In this document: positions 11,452 through 22,850 of the stretch, one piece after another
Position numbering within the stretch: position 1 is the stretch's first letter
Layout: each line of letters opens with the position of its first letter
DNA from: Eledone cirrhosa
Taxonomy: Eukaryota
Reading direction: 5' to 3'
Length of the DNA: 64,000 nucleotides
Assembly: GCA_964016885.1 (NCBI GenBank)
Contig: OZ024745.1
Coordinates: forward strand, 79,608,001-79,672,000
Notes under the pieces: generated by a model
Databases searched by the model: none
The model's input: only the letters and a program-made list of their open reading frames with translations
What the model was told of the DNA's origin: nothing
Translations under genes and position numbers: made by a program

Positions 11452-12370
11452 TACTATTTGGATGGCCGTTGACTCTTTCTGGGTTCCTCTGCCTTTTGCC
11501 GAGTGTTGTATTTCGTCGCGCAGTGTGTCCAAGTATCGCCCTCCTCACCGGGCGGGCTTGGTGGGGTTGCTGGCTTGGTCCCGACGGCCCGACCATGCAC
11601 GGGTTGTACTGGGTTGCATGTTGCCATGAGCGCTGGGGAGCGACCTGGCATATGTATGCGTGTGGGACGTGGTTTGCCTACACACGGCATATCAAAGACT
11701 GGAACGATTTCACCAGCAGTGTCTCAGAACGATGTTTGGTATCAAGAGGCAGATGCATGTGAATGATGTTGAGGTCCTTGAGAGAGGTGAGTGGCGGAGC
11801 ATTGAGAGTATCATCCACCAACGTGTTTGCGATGGACCGGACACCTCTGCAGAATGGAGGACGATCGAGTCCGGACACAACTTTTGTATGGAGAGCTTTA
11901 TAAAGGTAAGAGAAACCTCACAAGCCAAAGCTCCGATTCAAGGATTGTGTAAAGGATTCATTGAAAAAAACTGGTTTGATGATGGCTGACTGGGAGATAG
12001 AAGCTCTTGAAAGAGAAACTTGGCGTGAAATGGTGAATGATGGGGTCCATAATTTTGAGGACAGACGCATAGAGCACGAGAAGACCAAACGGGATGTGAG
12101 TTAGCAATGCCCTGGTGTATCTCTCGGAACGATCGGTGTCTCCATTGAATTGAAGTGCCCTGAGTGTGAAAATATTTGCTTGAGCAAATCTGGTCTCAGG
12201 AGCCACAGTCGCAGCCATGTTCAGAGAGAACCAGTGAAGTATGATCTCCACGGTGTTGTGAGGGTTCACGGGCCACCTGATTCAGAACCTCAAGTCAGGG
12301 AGATCCATAGTTGTCGTCAGTGTGTGAATCTGACAAGCCGTGGCAATACTCAGCTGAGTTTGCAGCCATT
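11452..12370 (+). mobile_element. 5'-inverted and deleted RTE LINE (inverted 5' head 11452-11650; 3' RT/ZnF fragment 11655-12370)
   Basis: Peptide remnants YACGTW..RH, ERFHQQCLR and KCPECENICLSKSGLRSHSRSH. The inverted head resembles the family C head. Confidence 0.75.
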
Positions 12371-12587
12371 ATGTATGTATGTATGTATGTATGTATGTAT
12401 GTATGTATGTATGTATGTATGTATGTATGTATGTATGTATGTTTTGTATGTATGTATGTATGTATGTATGTATGTATGTATGTATGTTTTGTATGTATGT
12501 ATGTATGTATGTATGTATGTATGTATGTATGTTTTGTATGTATGTACGTATGTATGTACGTATGTATGTATGTATGTATGTATGTAT

Positions 12588-13195
12588 GTCAGGTCACCAG
12601 TTGGTGCTACTGGTAACATGTATCCCAGTACAACCTGTCCCATGGTCGGGTCGTTGGCGACTAAACTGGCAACCCTACCAAGGTTTCTTGGTGAGGAGGG
12701 TGACTTTGGACATCCTGCAGGACTAAAAACAAAACCTGTCAAAGGGCAAGGGAGCTCTTAAGACTCAATAGCCATCCAAAATCACCGGGAGAGATGACCC
12801 CTTAGTCTTTGTCAAGGCAGAATTCTAGGAGAAGGAAAACTCTGATATAACACCTGCAACCCTGATGGTATCCAATGATGTTGACTTGTTCTTCTTTTTG
12901 GTAAATATCATCTTGGTTAAGAGAGTGGGACTGGCTTTGTGCAATGCCTTTGCTCACTATAAAAGCTTCACAGCACAGGCATTGCTTTATATCTGGAGAT
13001 CTCTCTGCACTTGTCATCACATGGTACCATGGGCCCTGCACTATGTGTCAATAATGGTCACAAGTGTAGTCTTTGTACCAGAGTTTTCAAGTCGCTGGCT
13101 GGACTAAAAAGTCACATTCGTTCAGCGCATCGGTAGGGGTTCTCCTACATGGATATAAAGTAGTGGCCGTACTCGAAAACGAGTTGGCAGCCACC
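12588..13195 (+). mobile_element. Family A copy 3
   Basis: Full-length unit between TATG tracts. Confidence 0.87.
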
Positions 13196-13257
13196 ATGTA
13201 TGTATGTATGTATGTATGTATGTATGTATGTATGTATGTATGTATGTATGTATGTAT

Positions 13258-13865
13258 GTCAGGTCACCAGTTGGTGCTACTGGTAACATGTATCCCAGTA
13301 TAACCTGTCCCATGGTCGGGTCGTTGGCGACTAAACTGGCAACCCCACCAAGGTTTCTTGGTGAGGAGGGTGACTTTGGACATCCTGCAGGACTAAAAAC
13401 AAAACCTGTCAAAGGGCAAAGGAGCTCTTAAGAGTCAATGGCCATCCAAAATCACCGGGAGAGATGACCCCTTAGCCTTTGTCAAGGCAGAATTCTAGGA
13501 GAAGGAAAACTCTGATATAACACCTGCAACCCTGATGGTATCCAATGATGTTGACTTGTTCTTCTTTTTGGTAAATATCATCTTGGTTAAGAGAGTGAGA
13601 CTGGCTTTGTGCAGTGCCTTTGCTCACTATAAAAGCTTCACGGCACAGGCATTGCTTTATATCTGGAGATCTCTCTGCACTTGTCGTCACATGGTACCAT
13701 GGGCCCAGCACTATGTGTCAGTAACTGTCACAAGTGTAGTGTTTGTACCAGAGTTTTCAAGTCGCTGGCTGGACTAAAAAGTCACACTCGTTCAGTGCAT
13801 CAGTAGGGGTTCTCCTACATGGATATAAAGTAGTGGCCGTACTCGAAAACGAGTTGGCAGCCACC
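13258..13865 (+). mobile_element. Family A copy 4
   Basis: Full-length unit between TATG tracts. Confidence 0.87.
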
Positions 13866-13929
13866 ATGTATGTATGTATGTATGTATGTATGTATGTATG
13901 TATGTATGTATGTATGCATACATACATAT

Positions 13930-14489
13930 GTCAGGTCACCAGTTGGTGCTACTGGTAACATGTATCCCAGTACAACCTGTCTCATGATCGGGTCGTTGGC
14001 GACTAAACTGGCAGGACTAAAAACAAAACCTGTCAAAGGGCAAAGGAGCTCTTAAGAGTCAATGGCCATCCAAAATCACCGGGAGAGATGACCCCTTAGC
14101 TTTTGTCAAGGCAGAATTCTAGGAGAAGGAAAACTCTGATATAACACCTGCAACTCTGATGGTATCCAATGATGTTGACTTGTTCTTCTTTTTGGTAAAT
14201 ATCATCTTGGTTAAGAGAGTGGGACTGGCTGTGTGCAGTGTCTTTGCTCACTATAAAAGCTTCACGGCACAGGCATTGCTTTATATCTGGAGATCTCTCT
14301 GCACTTGTTGTCACATGGTATCATGGGCCCAGCACTATGTGTCAATAATTGTCACAAGTGTAGTGTTTGTACCAGAGTTTTCAAGTCGGTGGCTGGACTA
14401 AAAACTCACACTCGTTCAGCGCATCGGTAGGGGTTCTCCTACATGGATATAAAGTAGTGGCCGTACTCGAAAACGAGTTGGCAGCCACC
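13930..14489 (+). mobile_element. Family A copy 5 (~48 bp internal deletion at a GCA microhomology)
   Basis: aactggca is joined directly to ggactaaa. Confidence 0.87.
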
Positions 14490-14539
14490 ATGTATGCATG
14501 TATGTATGTATGTATGTATGTATGTATGCATGCATGTAT

Positions 14540-17500
14540 GTATGTACGTACGGACGCTGCTTGACAGGGATTCCTTGGGGCGTCCTGAACGAAGGATCGC
14601 TCTTGTTGCAAAGGAGCTTCGACGTTACGATCTTGACATCGTAGCTTTATCTGAGACGAGGCTAGCTGGAGATGGTCATCTTACGGAATTTTGTGGAGAA
14701 TATACATTCTTCTGGAAAGGAAGAGATGAATGAACCAGAAGAGAGGCTGGGGTAGGATTTGCTGTTAAGACTGTGCTTGTGAACAAATTAGAAGAGCGTC
14801 TTATGTCCATGAGAGTTCCGCTGGACAAGGGAAGATATGCTACCCTGGTGAGTGTGTATGCTCCAACTATGAGTTCTGTCGATGAGGAAAAGGTGTCCTT
14901 TTACCATGCCTTGAAAGGTGTTTTAAGAAATATCCCTCAGGCAGACAAAGTCATCGTGCTTGGTGACTTTAATGTTAGAGTGGGTAGGGATTTTAACACA
15001 TGGAATGTAATCGGAAGGCATGGGATGGGAAAGTGTAACAGCAATGGTATGCTCCTGCTGCAGATGTGTGAGGAGCTGGATCTGTGTGTTACCAACACCA
15101 TGTTCCAACAAAAGAACAAATTCAAGACCACATGGATGCATCCTGCATCTAAGGAATGGCATCTTTTGGACTACGTCCTAGTCAGGATGCGTGACAGACA
15201 GGATGTGCAGTGTGTTCGTGTTCTTCGTGGAGCTGAGTGCTGGACGGACCACCGCCTGGTACGCGCAAAAATGAAACTAATCAGTAAACGTAAAATCCGG
15301 GCTCCTGGTGTTGCCCCGCCCAAAAGATTGAATGCTGCTTGTCTTAAGGATAAAAATGTGAAGAGGACATTAGAAGAAGAGATGCAGGCTGCAGATCTTG
15401 GTGAGGATTGGCCGACCCTTAAAAAGTCTGTTTATGATGTAGGCAGGCGTGTTCTGGGATTGGCGCAGAGGAAACATCAGGACTGGTTTGATGAGAATGA
15501 TGTACATATAGAAGACTTGTTGGCTGATAAGAGGCGTGCTCTGTCACGCTACTTGACGGCAAAACCACAGGAAAGGAATACGTTGCATGAGGAACTCAGG
15601 GATGTAAAATCACGTGTTAGGCGGAGTCTTTCTCAGATGAAGGATCAGTGGTGGAGTGAGAAGGCTGGTGAGATACAAACTGCCTCTGATTCCAATAACA
15701 CAAAGCTGTTGTACAGTCTCTTGCGTGAGGTTTATGGACCGTCTTCTTCTCTGGTGACACCGCTTCGCAGCAAGGATGGCAAAGAACTTCTTCGTGACTC
15801 ACAAGGAATTCTACGAAGGTGGCGAGAGCACTTTGATGATCTTTTGAATCAGCCGTCTGTCGTCAGTGAAGATTTCCTCAATCTCATTCCAGAAAGTCCT
15901 GTGAAAGTAGCTCTCGCAGAACCTCCGATGCTTGTGGAGGTTGCAGTGGCTATTTCGAAGCTGAACAGTGGAAGATCTCCAGGTATGGATGGCATACATG
16001 CTGAGCTCCTACAATATGGTGGTGAGAGACTCCTGCAACATCTTCACTCTTTGTTTGGCAGGATATGGGCTAATGAATCCGTACCTGAGGACTGGAGAGA
16101 TGCAGTAATGGTGGTCTTGTACAAGGGAAAGGGTAACAGGAACGATTGTGGGAACTACAGAGGTATATCATTGTTTTCTGTCGTAGGGAAAGTTTTATGT
16201 AGGGTGCTTCTGGACCGTCTGCTGACACACATTGCAGATTGTGTTCTTCCTGAAAGTCAATCTGGTTTTCATGCTGGACGCGGCACTACTGATATGATCT
16301 TCTCAGCTAGACAGCTCCAGGAGAAGTGCATGGAACAAGGCTTGGATCTGTATCAGTTTTTTGTCGATCTGACAAAAGCTTTCGATACTGTTAACAGAGA
16401 TGCATTATGGAAGGTTCTCCAGAAACTTGGTTGCCCTGATAAGTTCCTTGCTTTAGTTAGGTCTTTCCATGACGACATGAAGGCTTGGGTTAATGTCGGG
16501 GGTAACATGTCGGAGCCTATCTCAGTAAAAAATGGAGTGAAACAGGGGATATTCCAGCACCGACCCTGTTTGCCATATACTTTGGCAATGGTTTTCTGTA
16601 TTGCATTCAGGAATTGCGAGCATGGTGTTTACATCCGATATCGAACCTCAGGCAGCATATTTAACATCAGGCGCTTTGCTGCGAAGACAAAGGTATTTAC
16701 ATCAATCATAAGAGACCTCTTGTATGCAGATGATTGCGATCTTGTAGCGCACACAGAGAGTGATATGCAGCACATTTTGAATACATTTTCTGACGCTTGC
16801 ACTGCCCTAGGTTTGACTGTCAGTCTCAAGAAAACCGTCGTCATGTACCAACCTGCCCCTGGTAAGCAGTACACTGAACCAAACATCTATGTGTATGGCA
16901 AACGACTTGGAGTGGTTGATCAGTTTGTCTACCTGGGAAGCACTGTCAATCGATACAGCAACCTTGACAGTGAAATCTCACTTAGGATTAGGAAAGCAAG
17001 TGATGCTTTCGGAAAGCTAGAAAGGCGACTCTGGGGTCAGCGAGATATATGCAGGAGGACAAAGGTAAAGGTGTACAGGGCATGTGTGCTCTCTTGTCTT
17101 CTTTATGCCTGCGAGACCTGGGTCACATATCGACACCACCTTAAGCAATTGGAGCGTTTCCATCAGATGTGTCTCAGACGGATCCATGGCGTTCACTGGA
17201 GGGACCACATCAGTGATGTCGAGATTTTGGAAAGCTCTATGTGTGACAGTATAGAAGCTCTTGTGCTTAAGCAACGACTCCGTTGGAGTGGTCACCTTGC
17301 CAGGATGAAGGATTCTAGAATACCAAAACAACTCTTTTATGGAGAGTTGGTTAAAGGAAAACGACCGCCACATAAACCAAAAAAGAGGTATAAGGATTCC
17401 TTGAAAGCCTCTCTGAAAGACGCTAACATCTCTGCTGATACATGGGAAAATGTTGCTGCTGATCGTAATAAATGGAGAAAGACTGTATATGAGGGAAAAG

Positions 17501-18091
17501 TTGCCTTTGAGGCATCTCGAATCACATACGAGAAAGTAAAGCGGGATGTGAGGAAGGGCATTGCTGTTGCACTTCCAGACGGCGAGGGTCCTCCTATGGT
17601 GCTGACATGCAGCGTATGTGCGAGACTCTGCCTAAGCAAAGCTGGACTCGAAAGTCATCTTCGCAGTCATAAAGTAAGACCAGTGGTTGACTACCAGGCT
17701 GCTGTTGGAGATGCTACTCATCATGCTTGCCAAACATGTGATAGAGAATGTAAATCAGCAGGAGGGCTCAAGCGACATGCAAAAGTACACAAACTCCAAC
17801 CACAGCCGACTATTCCCAGTGAATGTTTTAGTTGCCGACTCTGTGCAAGACATTTCAGATCATTGGCTGGGCTAAAAAGCCACATTCGATCGCAGTGCTG
17901 TTAGTTGCTATCGTGTGTGTGTGTGTAGATATGCTTATGTGTGTGCGTGTGTGTGTATATATATATGTATATGTATATCATTACTGTTGTTGTCGTTATT
18001 ATTATTGTTGTTATGATTATTATTATTATTATTGTTATTAATGTATGTGTGTGTGTATATGTGTGTGAGTGTGTGTGTGTATATGTGTATG

Positions 18092-18166
<75 letters not shown>

Positions 18167-18276
18167 CTTTTTCTTTTTTTCTTTTTATTTTCTTTTTATT
18201 TATTTATTATTATTATTATTTTTTTTTTCTTTCTCCTCGTGCAATGGCCATACTCGATAACGAGGGGGCAGCCATC
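14540..18276 (+). mobile_element. RTE-clade LINE, near full length, 5' UTR missing
   Basis: APE endonuclease, RT and C2H2 fingers; microsatellite-filled 3' UTR; terminal hairpin and (ATGT)n tail. Confidence 0.93.
14773..17904 (+). CDS. RTE polyprotein (APE endonuclease, reverse transcriptase, 3 C2H2-type zinc fingers); N-terminus cut by an in-frame TGA at 14731
   Basis: Motifs VALSETR (upstream of the stop), SVYAPT, LGDFN, TDH, NYRGISL, DLTKAFD, GVKQG, YADD and YLGS, plus three CxxC...H fingers. Confidence 0.9.
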   Translation: MLVNKLEERLMSMRVPLDKGRYATLVSVYAPTMSSVDEEKVSFYHALKGVLRNIPQADKVIVLGDFNVRVGRDFNTWNVIGRHGMGKCNSNGMLLLQMCEELDLCVTNTMFQQKNKFKTTWMHPASKEWHLLDYVLVRMRDRQDVQCVRVLRGAECWTDHRLVRAKMKLISKRKIRAPGVAPPKRLNAACLKDKNVKRTLEEEMQAADLGEDWPTLKKSVYDVGRRVLGLAQRKHQDWFDENDVHIEDLLADKRRALSRYLTAKPQERNTLHEELRDVKSRVRRSLSQMKDQWWSEKAGEIQTASDSNNTKLLYSLLREVYGPSSSLVTPLRSKDGKELLRDSQGILRRWREHFDDLLNQPSVVSEDFLNLIPESPVKVALAEPPMLVEVAVAISKLNSGRSPGMDGIHAELLQYGGERLLQHLHSLFGRIWANESVPEDWRDAVMVVLYKGKGNRNDCGNYRGISLFSVVGKVLCRVLLDRLLTHIADCVLPESQSGFHAGRGTTDMIFSARQLQEKCMEQGLDLYQFFVDLTKAFDTVNRDALWKVLQKLGCPDKFLALVRSFHDDMKAWVNVGGNMSEPISVKNGVKQGIFQHRPCLPYTLAMVFCIAFRNCEHGVYIRYRTSGSIFNIRRFAAKTKVFTSIIRDLLYADDCDLVAHTESDMQHILNTFSDACTALGLTVSLKKTVVMYQPAPGKQYTEPNIYVYGKRLGVVDQFVYLGSTVNRYSNLDSEISLRIRKASDAFGKLERRLWGQRDICRRTKVKVYRACVLSCLLYACETWVTYRHHLKQLERFHQMCLRRIHGVHWRDHISDVEILESSMCDSIEALVLKQRLRWSGHLARMKDSRIPKQLFYGELVKGKRPPHKPKKRYKDSLKASLKDANISADTWENVAADRNKWRKTVYEGKVAFEASRITYEKVKRDVRKGIAVALPDGEGPPMVLTCSVCARLCLSKAGLESHLRSHKVRPVVDYQAAVGDATHHACQTCDRECKSAGGLKRHAKVHKLQPQPTIPSECFSCRLCARHFRSLAGLKSHIRSQCC

Positions 18277-18388
18277 ATGTATGTATGTATATGTATATAT
18301 GTATGTATGTGTGTGTGTATGTATATATACACCTCTACAAACCCCCGGGAGCTAAGTCAACCTTTCCTCTCATGTTTAACCAGCCAAC

Positions 18389-18760
18389 ATGGGCGTCGTA
18401 ACAGTAGGATGTTTTAATGTTCGTGGCCTGGGGTCGTCCTGGAACAGGGTCACTTGCTGATCGACCTCATATCACTAGATATGGAAGTCATCGCCATCAG
18501 CGAAACCGGCGCTTCTGACACACGCGCACTAACCCCCTTTTTCGACGACTATCAGATCTTCACACCTCTTAGTCAGTAGGGAATGGGAGATGAGGTGGAG
18601 GTGCTGTTTATGAAAGGCCTGGTCCTCGAGGTAAGGACGACCTTCCTGGACCCGGGCGGTAAATTGGAAGTCCTGGTGGTTAACAATAGCGAAGGTGGTG
18701 GCTTTAGATTGGTGGCCGCATACCGGTGGCCAGAAGCCATTTTGGGAACGTCTTCTGAGT
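18389..18760 (+). pseudogene. L1/Tx1-like endonuclease N-terminal fragment
   Basis: Reads MGVVTVGCFNVRGL...DMEVIAISET; frameshifted. Confidence 0.55.
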
Positions 18761-18936
18761 TCAAATCTCGTCGAGGTTAGCTTTGCCTTTCATCCTTATG
18801 GGCTCGATAAAATAAAGTACTGGTAACGAACTGGGGTCGGTTTAATCGACTTTCTCCTTCACTAAAATTCTGCCTAAATCAGAAACCATTATTATTTGTA
18901 ATTTGAAAGCATAGTCGCCCCAATGCAGATAACTAT

Positions 18937-19123
18937 AATTGTTTCTACTTTTGGCACAAGACCAGCAATTACCCAGTGCATTACTGGTACTTTATTTTAT
19001 CGACCCCGTAAAGATGAAAGGCAAAGTTAACCTCGGCGGGATTTGAACACAGAATGGCAAGGGCCGTAACTCTATGCGTCAAAGCATGGCGTCCGACCTT
19101 CTACCGACACTGCCAATCCACCA
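18937..19123 (-). mobile_element. tRNA-derived SINE (octopus-type); a partial + copy precedes it at ~18752-18900
   Basis: A-box TGGCAGTGTCGGTA, B-box GTTCAAATCCC, and conserved body TTTGCCTTTCATC...GGGGTCGATAAAATAAAGTACCAG. Confidence 0.85.
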
Positions 19124-19473
19124 GTTGAAAAAAATTGACAGAGACGCCTATAGGGAATCGGATCACGCACCTCTCGTATTACCGGCATGTCTTTTCTATA
19201 TCAGAAATATGAGATTGTCTGGAGAAATCATCAGCAATGATTAGAGCTAACATCTGTAGCGACTTTTATAGAAAAGTTTAGTTATTAGATGATATGCAAA
19301 TGTAATTAACAGAAGTAATTATTATCCCGTTTTGTAGAGTATGGGGTACTATAGTATGTGTACACATAATATGTACACACACGGAAGCATGTAACATATA
19401 CATATATATATATATATGTATGTGAGTGTGTACGTGTGTGTGTGTGTGCGCGCGCGTGTGCACGCGATGCAGT

Positions 19474-19539
<66 letters not shown>

Positions 19540-19557
19540 TGTGCGTGTCTATAGATA

Positions 19558-19760
19558 TACAAGATGTGTCAGAAAAAAAAACATGACTAAGGTCGCAAAA
19601 AAATATTTCAAATCTATACTACACGTTTCCCCTTCAAAATAATCTGTATCGAATCTAACGCACTTTCCCATCCTACTCCGCCTCTCACCCATGCACTCCT
19701 GGAAGAATTCTCCCGGGATTCTCCGCGGCCTTATGGCACAAAATATATTCCATTGTTTGA
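19558..19760 (-). mobile_element. Mariner 3' end remnant
   Basis: Transposase C-terminus RMGKCVRFDTDYFEG and a TIR-like TACAAGATGTGTCAGAAAA end. Confidence 0.6.
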
Positions 19761-20439
19761 CCATTAATTGTTTCTTCATTGTTTGAGAAAAAACAATTAT
19801 ATATTATATTTTGAAATGTATAACCCTTAACTATCTTGTCCTTAATATGAGTAAAACAACTATATTTTATTTTTTGAAAAATTAGTTTTAAACGATCATG
19901 TCTCAGATACACACATTAAAAAAGACTATATGGAGTAGATAGGACAAGATCAGAACAAAAGGGATACACAGAGGAGCAAGAAAAGTCATTGAGAAAGTTA
20001 CAGGATGTCACAAAAGCGCTTCGGCGATTAGCAATTAAATAGCCACCTATTTACTAAACTAACAAATGAATGGTTTAGTTACTCAACTAATAATAAACTG
20101 AAGTGAAATTCAACTGGTGTATGTGTGTTTTTATTGGCAACATAACCCTCACAAAGTATAGCAATTATATATTATTTTTTAAAAAATATAACTTTTAAGA
20201 ATAATGTTCTTATCATGAGTAAAACAATTATATTTTATTAAATAATCAGCGCTTAGATTGTTTATTTTCTTCTCATATTTTCCCGGTATATTTGAATGAA
20301 ATTTAGATGGCAGTCACGTAAATTACATTACTCATTAATTGTTCAGTAATATCAGGGAATAAATGGAAAAATATCGATAATTGCCGCATATTTATATTGA
20401 AGTGTAGAGATGTTGAATGCCTCTATTTTACACTCGATT

Positions 20440-20945
20440 CTATAAATTCTGTCTTACATTACTACCAAGCAAAATTGTGCGTATCTCTGACAATAATCCG
20501 ATCATGTTGTCAATTTTGGAAGCAATTAATGTTTCATTCTTAAATTGTTCTTGTAAGGCATTGTTCAATTTGCGAACACCACGTAAAGTAGAATTTAGTA
20601 TTGCATCTCGGCTCTCCCTAGCTTCCCTTTGTGCGAGCTCATCGTCAAGAGCACCTTCTTTTCGTAAGATCGCCATGGCTCGCCCTATCAGGATAGCTTT
20701 AGCTTCTGGGTAAGTTTCTATAGCTGAAAGCAAATCAGCTTTGGATAAACTGAATAAATTTGTAAAACCGACACTGATCACACTGGCTGTCCGTCTGTTT
20801 CCATATTTATTTCCCGGTATAGTTAGAACGCTCAGGTCACCAAAAGATTCCCCGGCATCAAATTCTTTAAATACCATTTTTAAATCTTCCGATACAACTT
20901 GGAGTTTCCCAGATTTTACAATGTACATTTCTCTTCCTATATCAC
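20440..20945 (-). CDS. CNG channel alpha-like subunit, exon 5 (CNBD beta-roll, C-helix, C-terminal helical region, stop)
   Basis: GDIGREMYIVKSGKL, FGDLSVL, GNRRTASV, LFSLSKADL. Acceptor ttgcag at 20947-20946, phase 1. Confidence 0.93.
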
Positions 20946-21039
20946 CTGCAATATAAGAAAATAAAAATTATTATCATCTTCATAGTCACTCACTACCACA
21001 ATCACCCCCCCCCCACCACCACATTGAAAGAAGGATAAG

Positions 21040-22850
21040 TATAGTGAAATTGTGGAGATGATTGAAAGAAGACGAGTATATATGTGCTGTGTGCAAGAAA
21101 TGAGAGGGAGAGGTACATCAACCAAACTCCTCACAGGTAATCCATTTAGATACAAGCTCTTCAGAGTAGGAAATGATAATGGAATAGGTGGAGTAGGCAT
21201 TTTACTAGTCGAGAAATGGATAGATAAGGTAATTGATGTTAAAGTAAATGACAGAATTATCAAGCTTAGAATACGAGGCGGGCTTAAAAATGTTCGTGTA
21301 AAAAGTACATAGCTAAAAATCATATGCAAGGATTTTGATCTCAATGCACCTGTATGTCCTTGTACTAACGTGTCATAACATGTTCTAACAGGAACCCCTA
21401 AATACATGTTGCAATGTGGCGCCACCAGTCGAAAGTCAGCACCCGCGCGAGCAACATGGTCTCCATCAAAACATCAAATTCATGGTGAAGCTAGGGGGAA
21501 GAGCAGCCAAATCATTGACACCCTGGAGCAAGTTTATGGGGACAATGCCCCAAAGAAATCAACAACCTACAAGTGGATAAGTCGTTTTAGAAGTGAAAGA
21601 GATGAGGTTGAAGATGATCTCCAGTTGAAGATGTAAAAAAAGCTGCTTTGACATGGTTTAAATCGCATGGCCCTTAGTTTTACACAGATGGACCTAAAGG
21701 CTGGTATCAACGCTTGCAGAAGTGTATTGGCCTAGATGGAGCATACGTTGAAAAATAGACATCATAACTTAAACCGTTTTTCCAAACTGTCCTTTTCCCA
21801 CAAACCTTTTGAAGCCTCCTCTTAGTCACGGGTGAAAAAATGGCAACAATTATCTTCACGTATGCACCACGTATGATAAATAGAGAACACAAAGATCGTT
21901 TCTATAAAGAGCTTTTACAGATGACTTCAATAACAAATGACAGTGACATCATCACCCTAGCAAGTGGTTTTAATAGATATGTTGGGCAGCACCAAGTTAG
22001 CTACAATGGAGTGAGTACACAGTGGCAGTGAATATGGCTCGAAAAATGAAGAGGGATTAAAGCTGCTAGAATTCAGTGATGCCACTGACATAACCATTTG
22101 CAACACTAACTTGAGCATGCAAGCCAAATTGATTTCGTGCTCTTCAGAAAACAAGATAAACAGATGGTTATAAATATCAAGTCCTTTCCCGGAGAAAAGT
22201 GTACCATCCAACACAAATTATGTATTAGTTACATCAAGATAAGAATAAAAAACACAGGATAATCTAGAGAAGGTAGGCAAGGAAGCTAAATGACCTCTCT
22301 CTTAAATATAGGTTTGGAAAAGCTCTACACAATGCATACGACGAGAGGGAGGAGAAGACAGACATGTATGACATGGAAGTTTTTATGGAACAACCCGATT
22401 CATGCTGGTGATAATGGCTGGAGCAAGGTAGTAATCAGACGAAAGATGACTAGGTGGTGGAACAGCATTTTTTATAGAGCCATTAAATCTAAGAGACATG
22501 TACGGAAAGACTGGAAATATGGGGCAGCAAATACCAAGTAGCTAAAAGAGAAGTTAGATGACAGGTTTACTTAGCATGTAGAAAAGCAGAAAAGAAGAGG
22601 TTTGCTAGTGTAAAAAGAAGAGGTTTGCTAGTGTACTGCGACATGAGAATCAATGGTGTGAGGAATTCTGCATTTCGAAGCAATGTGTCGATGTCGAAGG
22701 AGATAAGTGTGTTTGGAATATCTCAGATGCACTTAGCCTCACTGAAAGAGACACGGAAATGCTAATTGGAAAGGTTCATAAACGTGGAGAATGATGGAAG
22801 GGAAAGTGACTACACTCAATAGACTCAACAAAAGAGCTGCTTATCGAAAT
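21040..22850 (+). pseudogene. Degenerate RTE-type LINE (APE region), interrupted by a mariner
   Basis: EIVEMIERRRV..CCVQE, GVGILL and YAP remnants; many stops. Confidence 0.65.
21270..21826 (+). mobile_element. Internally deleted mariner element
   Basis: TIR-like ends TACGAGGCGGGCTTAAAA / TTTTGAAGCCTCCTCTTA. HTH remnant LEQVYGDNAPKKSTTYKWISRF and C-terminal QKCIGLDGAYVEK. Confidence 0.75.

Noticed and set aside
8298-14489. Repeat array beside a reverse transcriptase, read as a CRISPR-, retron- or DGR-like system
   Set aside because: The units are ~600-bp retroposon copies separated by microsatellites, with no unique spacers or cas genes. The RT is an ordinary RTE LINE in eukaryotic DNA.
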